Positions 8,121 through 15,478 of a stretch of 20,020 nt of DNA are shown piece after piece. How positions within the stretch are numbered: the stretch's first letter is position 1; every line of letters starts with the position of its first letter. Made by a program: the position numbers and the translations under genes. Below the pieces are notes generated by a model that worked only from the letters and a program-made list of their open reading frames with translations, had not been told where the DNA came from and ran no database searches. The DNA lies in the IMG/VR virus record IMGVR_UViG_3300025322_000182, one strand, 5' to 3'. This stretch comes from a virus.

Positions 8121-9752
8121 TCACCTCTTCGCATGTTTACATTGAGCCTTCGTGGCACTACACCAGCCACAGAGTCCGCTACTTTTCGCCGGCCACTCGT
8201 CTTTCTCGTACGCCTTCTCCAGCCGCTCAACCTTCGGTATGAAGTGTCTCCAGATACGCGGGATGTCGTCTCTCGTGAACGTTTCGGAGTCGATTTTCTT
8301 GTCCTTGAGCCACACGTATCCGGTACGAACTTCCTGCACTTCTGGCCGGTATGTGAACTCAAACCCGGCGAACAGCATGAGCTGGTCGGAGTCGAATTTT
8401 CGCTTGCCGGTGTTGTGTGTCACAACCATTCTGTCACCACATAAATACGTGGCGTCGCAAGAATCTACAGCTATACACTGCGTAGGAACCGATGGCACTT
8501 TGTTGCACTCGACGACTACCCTTCGCCACGAATTCCCTGCTCCGACACCAGCTATCTTGGCTTGCTTGCGCGACATCCTGAACGGGATGAGTCCCCACGT
8601 AGGCCGAAAATGTACAGGCCACGCAGTGACAACCAGCCCAAACCCTCTCTGAGTAGTGCTGCACTGCAATGGTCGCTGCCCTAGTGTCAAAAGGAGTTCC
8701 ACAACGGAGTCGGACAATCGCTTATCACATGTGGTGAATACTGCCTGTTTCCGTACTTTATTTCCTGATCCGTCAGTATCCATCAACCCCTGCAAAAGTT
8801 GTAGCCTCTGCTCATGACCGGCTCGAAGATATATCTCTGGAATGTGTTTGTTTTTCAGCAGGCCGGCCTTCCGGAGTTGTGTTCTAAGTCCTTTCACTGT
8901 GCGTGTGGGTGCGTGTCCACGCCCCGCTCTCTCGCTGTAGTCGTGTGATATTTCGTAACCACAGGACACTATGTTGTCCCATAGCTCTTGGTCTGGCTTG
9001 CATATTTCACCGCTAGAGTGCTTCCCATCTCCAAGCCACGCGCCGAGTACGTATGGGTGTACCGGCAGCTCGACGTCGGGGAGTGACAATCCTGGGTGCA
9101 GTTCCACCTTGTGGTGCTTCTGCTCATAGCGTAGAAGCGTTTCCGCAATCTCTTTTGTCGATTTTACTTCACCATTAGTAACCCACAAATGCTCGTCGTC
9201 ACACACAATTCGCGCACCATCGTCGAACACCATCTCATAGCAGTCGCGGTGGTGGATTTCAGATTTGGTTGTAACGTAACATACAGACCCATCCCCGCCA
9301 AATACCCTAGCACCTCCCTTCAGCTCGCCCATAGTTGACCACCCATCAGGCGTAGGGATAGGCGTGTTTAGAGCCAATCCTTTGTAATCCAGAACAACCG
9401 ACTTGTCCTTGTACCTGACACCAACGTCAACAACCCCGCGACACCAAGTATCCTTGTCGAACCAGCCAGACACTTCGAGTCCTTTAGTCACTGACATTTT
9501 CTGCTCGGTGAACGGCTGTCCCCCGCTACGCTCCAAAGTCACCATCGCAGTCTCCAGCCACAAAAGATGTTCTGGCAGAGGGGCTTTCTTCGCCATGCGA
9601 TTCTCAAGATACAGGTGGCACTCGGTGCCGTAACGCATGGCTTCCGATTCGACCGTTTTTACTTCTTTTGTGACTCTCGTCAGCTTGTACTGAAGGGGGC
9701 AGTTTTGAAACGAATTGAGGGAGCTGAAACTCCATGCTGGCGGGTTACTCAT
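8121..9752 (-). CDS. PD-(D/E)xK exonuclease (Cas4/AddB-like, four-Cys Fe-S staple) precursor containing an intein (about 220 aa after splicing)
   Basis: WSFSSLNSFQNCP, GTECH, E-x-K-like TEQK, RGVVD, DYK|TG, and C-terminal CGWC-x6-C. Start at ATG 9752 overlaps the upstream stop. Confidence 0.9.
   Translation of the reverse strand: MSNPPAWSFSSLNSFQNCPLQYKLTRVTKEVKTVESEAMRYGTECHLYLENRMAKKAPLPEHLLWLETAMVTLERSGGQPFTEQKMSVTKGLEVSGWFDKDTWCRGVVDVGVRYKDKSVVLDYKGLALNTPIPTPDGWSTMGELKGGARVFGGDGSVCYVTTKSEIHHRDCYEMVFDDGARIVCDDEHLWVTNGEVKSTKEIAETLLRYEQKHHKVELHPGLSLPDVELPVHPYVLGAWLGDGKHSSGEICKPDQELWDNIVSCGYEISHDYSERAGRGHAPTRTVKGLRTQLRKAGLLKNKHIPEIYLRAGHEQRLQLLQGLMDTDGSGNKVRKQAVFTTCDKRLSDSVVELLLTLGQRPLQCSTTQRGFGLVVTAWPVHFRPTWGLIPFRMSRKQAKIAGVGAGNSWRRVVVECNKVPSVPTQCIAVDSCDATYLCGDRMVVTHNTGKRKFDSDQLMLFAGFEFTYRPEVQEVRTGYVWLKDKKIDSETFTRDDIPRIWRHFIPKVERLEKAYEKDEWPAKSSGLCGWCSATKAQCKHAKR
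8412..9380 (-). mobile_element. Intein, 323 aa, with LAGLIDADG homing endonuclease; Gly1 N-terminus and class 3 W-C-T signature
   Basis: Starts GLALNTPIPTPDGW; block B DEHLW; endonuclease blocks LGAWLGDG and LQGLMDTDG; block F PTQCIAVD; ends VVTHN; +1 residue Thr. Removing it restores DYKTG. Confidence 0.92.
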
Positions 9753-9978
9753 TCCCCGCTCCAAGCGCGTGCCGTATTGCTGATTCAATTTCTTCTAAAG
9801 TGTTGGGAATCTTTTTTATTGTTGGGCACAAGTATTTTGCCTTTCCGCAGTTAGCAGCCCCGATGTCTATATCTCTGAAGTTCAAATCGCGATTGTCTGG
9901 TATCGAAAGCATAAAGTAAAATTTCTGGTGTCCGCACCTCCCAGAACAGTTGCTGAAGTCTAATTCAAATGTTTTCAT
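9745..9978 (-). CDS. Hypothetical protein
   Basis: 77 aa; coupled by overlaps to both neighbours. Confidence 0.65.
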   Translation of the reverse strand: MKTFELDFSNCSGRCGHQKFYFMLSIPDNRDLNFRDIDIGAANCGKAKYLCPTIKKIPNTLEEIESAIRHALGAGNE

Positions 9979-10115
9979 TTCACACCCCTATTCGCTCTCG
10001 ATGCAGCAACCCTGCGTTGGTAACACGTTTCACATCTATTTTGAACCGTGCCGTTGGCAAGCTTTACACGGCGTGTCGCGAGTTTTCCGCACTTGAAGTT
10101 TGCGCAGAGAATCAT
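9975..10115 (-). CDS. Putative 46-aa Zn-finger-like microprotein
   Basis: MILCANFKCGKLATRRVKLANGTVQNRCETCYQRRVAASRANRGVK, with C-x4-C and CxxC. TGATG overlap upstream and ATGA overlap downstream. Not in the ORF track. Confidence 0.65.
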   Translation of the reverse strand: MILCANFKCGKLATRRVKLANGTVQNRCETCYQRRVAASRANRGVK

Positions 10116-10264
10116 CAAAAATTCTCCTTGTAAAATGCAGAGATCGTCTCTTCGAGTTTCTCCTCAGAGAACTGTCCTCCTTCGCCATCCTCGAATTGAA
10201 CCCAAATCGTCTCATCATCAAATCGAGAAAGTATGTACTTTCCAATCTTTATGTGCTCGTTCAT
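10115..10264 (-). CDS. Small hypothetical protein
   Basis: MNEHIKIGKY...YKENF (49 aa); SD GGAGGTG; ATGA overlap with the upstream stop. Confidence 0.7.
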   Translation of the reverse strand: MNEHIKIGKYILSRFDDETIWVQFEDGEGGQFSEEKLEETISAFYKENF

Positions 10265-10506
10265 AACACCTCCGCCATGTAATGTTCCTGAAACCAGTCG
10301 TTCAACCCTTCGGTTGAATCGCATCTGAACAGCACCTTCACGCCCTGCCGAATTTCAAACACGTCGTTACTGATTTCGATACCTAGCCCGACCGAAGCGG
10401 CGAAGCTCTTTAACTTCTCGTAACGCATTATCACAGGATCAGACTTCATTTTCGCTATCAACGTAACTACACTTGCCATTTCTCCTGCCTGTTCTTGGTT
10501 CATCAT
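10261..10506 (-). CDS. Hypothetical protein
   Basis: MMNQEQAGEM... (81 aa); SD AAAGGAG; ATGA overlap with the polymerase stop. Confidence 0.7.
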   Translation of the reverse strand: MMNQEQAGEMASVVTLIAKMKSDPVIMRYEKLKSFAASVGLGIEISNDVFEIRQGVKVLFRCDSTEGLNDWFQEHYMAEVL

Positions 10507-12335
10507 TTCACTCCTTTCAATAACCCCCATGACCTGCCAAGCTGCGCGTCCCAAGGCAACGCAACAGACGGCTCCCACCCCCACGCCTGCTTGTAAGGCA
10601 GGGTGTCCAACCTGTTTCTGATTCTCTTCACTGTCTCAAGCGTGCGTGAGTCGTCCTTGATATACAGGAACAGAGCGTCATGCAGGTCCCACGCATACAT
10701 CACATCCTCGTTGAACTCCAGCCGAAGCACGCAGATCGCCAGTTCCTTCATGTCCCCTCCAGTCGATTGTATGGGGAAATTGATTGCTGTCTGCTGCTGC
10801 TCATACAGATTGAGGTTCTTCAACACGATGCGTCGACGTCCTTTTGACTCGGCATACCCTGCGCTTGCGGCTGTTCTCACAGCGTCCTTCCAATAACGAA
10901 CCACTCCTTTATAAGTCCTTTTATACGTCTCGCTTATTTGCGTTGCTTCCGGCACGGACAAGTTCAGACCGTACTGAGTTAGTGCTCGCACTCGCAGAGT
11001 GTCAATGCCTATGCGATAGGCGGAGGATAATGCACAAAATTTTCCGAGATTCCTTACGCGTTTCGCATCTACATTTGTACTGTGCTCCGCTCTCACCCAT
11101 TCGTAATCAACATTCTCAATCTGCGCGCCCGTAAATGCGTGAATATCCCCGCCCTCATTAAACAACTTCAACATGTTCTCGTCCTGAGAGGCATCAGCCA
11201 TTAAGCGAGCTTCCTGCCCTGACGCATCGAACTCTGCCAGCAGAAACCCTTCAGGTGCTTCCAGGATGCTTCTAGTGGCCTTGCCACGCTCCCACTGGTG
11301 CAGAGCAACCCCCGTCTGTATTTGAGCCTTCCCCTTGCCCTGATTCGAGCCATAGGTCATGCGCCCAGTTACTGTTCCTGAAATGATCGGGCTTGGTCTA
11401 GTGACGTTCTCGCCATGATATGCGATGGACTCTCTTACCGAATCGACGAACTTTGACTGCTGCACGTTTACTTTGCGCAGTGCCATCAATGCCCCTAGCC
11501 GTGCATCATGAGGATGCTCAAGCTCGATGGTAAGCAACGCCTCCTTGTCCGTAGACGGCACCCCTTTGGGCGTAGTGTTCGCCACAGCGAACTCCCACTT
11601 GTTGAAGAGAAGGTCTGCCAGCTTCTTAGGCGAAGCTACTGCTTCAGCGTCCTCGCCGAGAATTGCTTCTGCAGCCGCCCTACGGACAGCTATGTCTGCC
11701 TCGAGAGCGTCAAGTGCCTTTACATTTATGTGTATCCCGTTTATTGCGGATAGTGCGATCGGGGAAATTCCCTGAGCCTCTTGGCGTGCAGCTCGTTGTT
11801 CCTCGGGAGATAGATTGTCAAGGTATTCTCTGGCAAGCAGGCAGGCAAACTTGGCATCGAGCAGGTTGTAGTCAAGAAGTATACGCCACTCGTCGTCTGT
11901 ACTCGGTACCTTGGTAACAGTATCTCCGAGACCGTAGTCTGCGTGTTCTGGCCATCGTTCAGCAACTTGCGTTTTAAGCCCATATCCTTTTCCCCCCAGT
12001 TCTCTGTTCTTCCATCCGTCAACACGCTTCAAGAGCAACATCGCATCCATCCATATACACGCGTTCACTTCCTTGGTCAAGCCAATAGCGTGCAGCCATG
12101 AGAGGTCGAACACCAGGTTCCACCCGACAAGAGTTGTTTTCTGATCTGCTGCTTTCTGCAAGAACTTTCGCAGCACCTCTGTGCTTGGCGTCTTTACTGC
12201 CTGACACTCCGTGTCTGAAATCCACACCGCGACGCTTTTTATTGTCGCTTCCCCGCTTCGTGCCCTCCACGGCTGTAGTCCGTGAGACGGTTCTTCCTGC
12301 GGAGTTTCCAGGTCTACGCCGCATAGCTTTAACAT
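10503..12335 (-). CDS. polA: Family A DNA polymerase with 3'-5' exonuclease domain
   Basis: ExoI VDLET, ExoII WNLVFD, ExoIII YNLLD, TVTGRM, motif A EFDASGQEAR, motif B RNLGKFCALSSAY, NFPIQST, motif C LHDAL. Start at ATG 12335 after SD GGAGGT. Confidence 0.95.
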   Translation of the reverse strand: MLKLCGVDLETPQEEPSHGLQPWRARSGEATIKSVAVWISDTECQAVKTPSTEVLRKFLQKAADQKTTLVGWNLVFDLSWLHAIGLTKEVNACIWMDAMLLLKRVDGWKNRELGGKGYGLKTQVAERWPEHADYGLGDTVTKVPSTDDEWRILLDYNLLDAKFACLLAREYLDNLSPEEQRAARQEAQGISPIALSAINGIHINVKALDALEADIAVRRAAAEAILGEDAEAVASPKKLADLLFNKWEFAVANTTPKGVPSTDKEALLTIELEHPHDARLGALMALRKVNVQQSKFVDSVRESIAYHGENVTRPSPIISGTVTGRMTYGSNQGKGKAQIQTGVALHQWERGKATRSILEAPEGFLLAEFDASGQEARLMADASQDENMLKLFNEGGDIHAFTGAQIENVDYEWVRAEHSTNVDAKRVRNLGKFCALSSAYRIGIDTLRVRALTQYGLNLSVPEATQISETYKRTYKGVVRYWKDAVRTAASAGYAESKGRRRIVLKNLNLYEQQQTAINFPIQSTGGDMKELAICVLRLEFNEDVMYAWDLHDALFLYIKDDSRTLETVKRIRNRLDTLPYKQAWGWEPSVALPWDAQLGRSWGLLKGVK

Positions 12336-12346
12336 TCCACCTCCCA

Positions 12347-12362
12347 TTGTGACATGTCACAA
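12347..12362. promoter_or_regulatory. 16-bp perfect palindrome TTGTGACATGTCACAA (candidate operator or RNA hairpin) before polA
   Basis: Lies in the 29-nt gap between the methyltransferase stop and the polA ATG, 11 nt from the ATG. The same core recurs at 17728-17742. Confidence 0.7.
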
Positions 12363-12364
12363 AC

Positions 12365-12862
12365 TCAAAAATACTCGGTTATCTCGCAGTCCCCTTTGTA
12401 CCCTCTTTGATAGTGCAGGCAGCCGACAGGGAATCCTACAGCAAATCCGTGCTGCGCCCCGGTGCCCATGTAGACTATCTCTCTCAGCCCTCCGTACTCC
12501 GACACCATTCTCTGTGTTCGGTTGTTCTTGAACGCTTTCATAAGCGGCACAAAGAACACCACGTTATCCGCCACTTCCAGCGCGTGCTCCAGGAAAAGAT
12601 CGTAGATACTGTACGGCGGGTTTGTGATTATCCAATCAACCTTCTTCGTCCACTGAAAGAAATCAGAACCATCCAGAATCTCGCACCTGTATTTCTCAGC
12701 GTTTTTGAACCTGCCAAAAAATGCGTCTTTTCCCGCAGCAGGGTCGAGAACGCTCCCTTGAGGGTCAAAGTAGCTCACAATCCACAACGCAGTTCTGCTG
12801 TTTGTACTTACCGTGTCGCGCGCCGTCGCCTTGTCCGTTTTGTTCGCCTTGGTTGGCTTCAA
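12365..12862 (-). CDS. Minimal SAM-dependent N6-adenine DNA methyltransferase
   Basis: 165 aa; motif I VLDPAAG precedes motif IV IITNPPY (gamma-type order); TTG start overlaps the HNH stop (TTGA). Confidence 0.85.
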   Translation of the reverse strand: MKPTKANKTDKATARDTVSTNSRTALWIVSYFDPQGSVLDPAAGKDAFFGRFKNAEKYRCEILDGSDFFQWTKKVDWIITNPPYSIYDLFLEHALEVADNVVFFVPLMKAFKNNRTQRMVSEYGGLREIVYMGTGAQHGFAVGFPVGCLHYQRGYKGDCEITEYF

Positions 12863-13131
12863 GACCTGTTCTTCCCGTACACTTCAGGGCTCTTTTTGCG
12901 CCAGCCTTTGTTCGCTTTCTCGGAAGTCACTTCCAGGTTGCCTGGTGTAGTTTTCCCTCCGTTGACAAGCATCTTTTTATGGTTAACATTCTTACCGTCG
13001 CCCTTGTGCACCAGCCCTTTCTGCTCGGCCATACGTCGAGCCTTGTTCTGCTCAACACGATCTGCCATGACGTCAGGCCGCGCATTGTATGCCGCTTTGG
13101 TTGCCCTAGCCTTCAATCCCTTTGTGCTCAT
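12859..13131 (-). CDS. Small HNH endonuclease-like protein
   Basis: GDGKNVNHKKMLVNGGKTTPGNLEV...AN matches the DH...GG...NL...N pattern, with DxDH altered to NxNH; SD GAGGAG. Confidence 0.7.
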   Translation of the reverse strand: MSTKGLKARATKAAYNARPDVMADRVEQNKARRMAEQKGLVHKGDGKNVNHKKMLVNGGKTTPGNLEVTSEKANKGWRKKSPEVYGKNRS

Positions 13132-13273
13132 TTTCAATCTCCTCGATAAGTATTTTCATGCACTGCAACATTGCTTTTTCTAACATTGTTTCCGCGTATG
13201 ATTCGGCATAGTTGACAATCTCTTCTGCAAACATCATTTCAAAATACACGGCGGGTCTACTTTCTATGCTCAT
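13106..13273 (-). CDS. Small acidic hypothetical protein
   Basis: MSIESRPAVYF... (55 aa); SD AAAGGAG. Confidence 0.6.
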   Translation of the reverse strand: MSIESRPAVYFEMMFAEEIVNYAESYAETMLEKAMLQCMKILIEEIENEHKGIEG

Positions 13274-13661
13274 GTCTGACTCCTTTCTTCTGGTTGAGTA
13301 ACTGAAGCAATTCAATCATGGACGGGCACGCCAGCATCGGCTCTCTATTTGGCTCAGTGCGTTCGCACCAGGTATTCGTCGCTTCGTGCCATCTGACAGT
13401 GCGTCTTTGTTGTCCCTCAAGAATGGGCCCAAGCAGTTTGAGATTTTCCACTTTTGGCATTTCGATTTTGTCGGCTACACGGTACACATTATACGGCTTC
13501 TTGCCCTGCGGCTTCACTTGATCGCATACTACGAGCTCGCCTCGCGTTACCATGTAACTTAACCTGGCGCTGACTGACGGAATCACAGAAAAATCTGCCG
13601 CTGCGAAGCGTTCTTTGGTTGATAGCACAATGGCTATTCGTAGTTTTTCAAGCATTGTCAT
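13257..13661 (-). CDS. Hypothetical protein (possible winged-helix-like N-terminus)
   Basis: 134 aa; SD GGAG; short overlaps with both neighbours. The fold guess is weak. Confidence 0.65.
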   Translation of the reverse strand: MTMLEKLRIAIVLSTKERFAAADFSVIPSVSARLSYMVTRGELVVCDQVKPQGKKPYNVYRVADKIEMPKVENLKLLGPILEGQQRRTVRWHEATNTWCERTEPNREPMLACPSMIELLQLLNQKKGVRHEHRK

Positions 13662-13845
13662 CTTGTTCCCTCCGCTCCGATTCTTCTTCCCACGTTGCGT
13701 TTAATCGCCGCGCGTATTCCACTTCAAAAAATCCTTTGATTGCATCAAGCGCGCCAAACACATCTGCATAAGTTGTACCGGCATCTTTTATCTCATCCTG
13801 GATCAATTGCATTATTTTATCGTGTAAATCACCGGCCTTGCTCAT
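13648..13845 (-). CDS. Hypothetical protein
   Basis: 65 aa; SD GGAGGAG; ATGA overlap. Confidence 0.7.
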   Translation of the reverse strand: MSKAGDLHDKIMQLIQDEIKDAGTTYADVFGALDAIKGFFEVEYARRLNATWEEESERREQDDNA

Positions 13846-14132
13846 AGCTCCTCCATCAGGTTCAATTCAATTTGCTTCTTGGGCATCGGCATAATTTTGT
13901 AGTACATATATTGCGCCACCACAGAATCCCTGATGCGCGCCCATAATTCAGCCCCGCATAAACCGCATAGCGCCGCTCTGTACATCGGAAAATCGCGTGG
14001 CTTCCCTGCGATTTCATACACCCCGTAAATATGCACAGCTATGGGTTCGTGGTTACAGCAAGGAGTTGTGTCCGTCACGTTGCTGCACATATCCGCCGAT
14101 AATCTCTTCGGTTGTTGTTCTTGGTTTTCCAT
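13842..14132 (-). CDS. Cys-containing hypothetical protein
   Basis: Start reset to MENQEQQ at 14132 (SD GGAGGG); 96 aa with CC-x-H and CGLC. Confidence 0.6.
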   Translation of the reverse strand: MENQEQQPKRLSADMCSNVTDTTPCCNHEPIAVHIYGVYEIAGKPRDFPMYRAALCGLCGAELWARIRDSVVAQYMYYKIMPMPKKQIELNLMEEL

Positions 14133-14496
14133 ATTCACACACCCTCCGTACTTTCTCCCACGCACTATAAAATCCCGCCTCAAACACACGACGGCGATCC
14201 ATGCAGTCAATCTGTGGTCGTGCTTCAAAGTATTCTGTTTCCGATCCCACACATTCGCTTTCCATACTTGCACGGGCTTCTTTGTTCGTTATCACTGATT
14301 TCATCGCCGCATCAATAGCTTCTCGGACGGTTGCATGTTCGGCATGAATTGACCCAGCCGACCAACCCATAAACTTTTCCTGACGCTCATACTGTATGCC
14401 GGGCATAGTTGAAGGCACTATAACTGTTTGTGTTGCCCTGTAGAGGCTTTCCTGATGAGCCTCCAGCCAATTTAATCTTTCTGTGTCTGTTGTCAT
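14053..14496 (-). CDS. Hypothetical phage protein, possibly two fused modules
   Basis: 147 aa; SD GGAG. Has TDTERLNWLE...TVREAIDAAM followed by YFEARPQID...RRVFEAGF. The C-terminus overlaps the next gene by 80 nt. Confidence 0.65.
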   Translation of the reverse strand: MTTDTERLNWLEAHQESLYRATQTVIVPSTMPGIQYERQEKFMGWSAGSIHAEHATVREAIDAAMKSVITNKEARASMESECVGSETEYFEARPQIDCMDRRRVFEAGFYSAWEKVRRVCEYGKPRTTTEEIIGGYVQQRDGHNSLL

Positions 14497-14497
14497 T

Positions 14498-14782
14498 TCA
14501 CTCCTCCATTGGTTTCAGTTTAATCCAATTCACTTCCGCAACTTCCTCGTTATCAGGATCAATCATCCTGACCTTTCCGCCAAGCACGTCTAGGCACTCG
14601 CGGGTGTTTCTTTGCGCTTTGAACGTCTGTTCGACCGCTGCCACTACTCCCGTGTTCGCCAGTATCAAGGTCGCAATCACAATCGTCAGGATCGAACTTG
14701 CAGTCGTACAGACTTTCGCTGCCTTCCTGATCGGACAGTGAGTCGTGCCTCTCAAAAGCATTCTCCGCCGAAAGTAATTCAT
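14498..14782 (-). CDS. Putative membrane-anchored protein
   Basis: MNYFRRRMLL; basic N-terminus then hydrophobic ILTIVIATLILANTGVVAAV; SD GGAGGAGG. Confidence 0.65.
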   Translation of the reverse strand: MNYFRRRMLLRGTTHCPIRKAAKVCTTASSILTIVIATLILANTGVVAAVEQTFKAQRNTRECLDVLGGKVRMIDPDNEEVAEVNWIKLKPMEE

Positions 14783-14864
14783 AGCCTCCTCCAATTAAAA
14801 GGTAAAGCATCAACAGGCCGAAGCCGGTCAGGATGATGATTGCAAGGAATGTTGTTGTGCTCAT
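14559..14864 (-). CDS. Putative membrane protein overlapping the next gene by 224 nt
   Basis: SD AAGGAG and hydrophobic N-terminus FLAIIILTGFGLLMLYLLIG. The C-terminal two-thirds is an alternate frame of 14498-14782. Confidence 0.45.
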   Translation of the reverse strand: MSTTTFLAIIILTGFGLLMLYLLIGGGYELLSAENAFERHDSLSDQEGSESLYDCKFDPDDCDCDLDTGEHGSSGSGRTDVQSAKKHPRVPRRAWRKGQDD

Positions 14865-14878
14865 TTATAGCTCCTTCG

Positions 14879-15103
14879 TTACAGGATATGCACCTCTTTA
14901 GGTGCAGAAACCACGTTAGGCATCACCTTTGCCGTTGCGGTCAATAATTTCTGTATTGTCTCGAATGGTATTTCTTCAAGGCCATATTTGAAACCTTCTG
15001 GCCTTGTACTACGGCCTCCTGGCGCAAATGATGCGTGGGTATATTCTTTGTGGTAAATAAACCCCGCCTCTTCTGCCAGCTTTATCACTGTTGCTTTGTC
15101 CAT
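14879..15103 (-). CDS. Hypothetical protein
   Basis: 74 aa; SD GAGGTG. Confidence 0.7.
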   Translation of the reverse strand: MDKATVIKLAEEAGFIYHKEYTHASFAPGGRSTRPEGFKYGLEEIPFETIQKLLTATAKVMPNVVSAPKEVHIL

Positions 15104-15146
15104 TTCTTCACCTCTCTGTTGTTAAACCGGGCCTATACGTTAGGCG

Positions 15147-15311
15147 TCAAATCATCAGCCACCGAACGAACCGACCCCAAAGCGTGTTCAGTTTCCGCTC
15201 TGCTCGCAGCGCCTCTTGGTAGTCAATGGCCGCTATCGCCTCAAGCATTCCAACCGGCTCACCCGCCCTGATCTTGTCGCTCAATTCTTCGAGCCTTGCG
15301 TCTATCTCCAC
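15147..15311 (-). CDS. Small hypothetical protein
   Basis: GTG start at 15311 after SD AAGGAG; MEIDARLEELSDKIRAG... (54 aa). Confidence 0.6.
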   Translation of the reverse strand: MEIDARLEELSDKIRAGEPVGMLEAIAAIDYQEALRAERKLNTLWGRFVRWLMI

Positions 15312-15478
15312 GTTTATCTCCTTTGGTTGCGCCGTGCCCAACAAATCATTCCAGCGGACGGGCGATAAAGCCGCCCTCCCCTGAATTCAAACTTATACCC
15401 CAATTGTTATTCTTCTTCCTTTCTGCGAAACTCATTTTATCCTCACTTTCCTATATACATACATCGCCAATGTCGCGC

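Noticed and set aside
8121-9752. Cas4-like nuclease as a sign of a CRISPR-Cas locus
   Set aside because: No cas1/cas2 and no repeat-spacer array. Stand-alone Cas4-like exonucleases are ordinary in phage replication modules.
12347-12362. Palindrome as a CRP site
   Set aside because: The half-sites TGTGA/TCACA match, but the spacer is 4 (or 5) bp rather than the 6 bp CRP requires.
15346-15435. 29-aa ORF MSFAERKKNNNWG... (similarly a 23-aa ORF at 17377-17448)
   Set aside because: Each has an SD-like sequence and fills a gap, but there is no motif or coupling evidence strong enough to call it.
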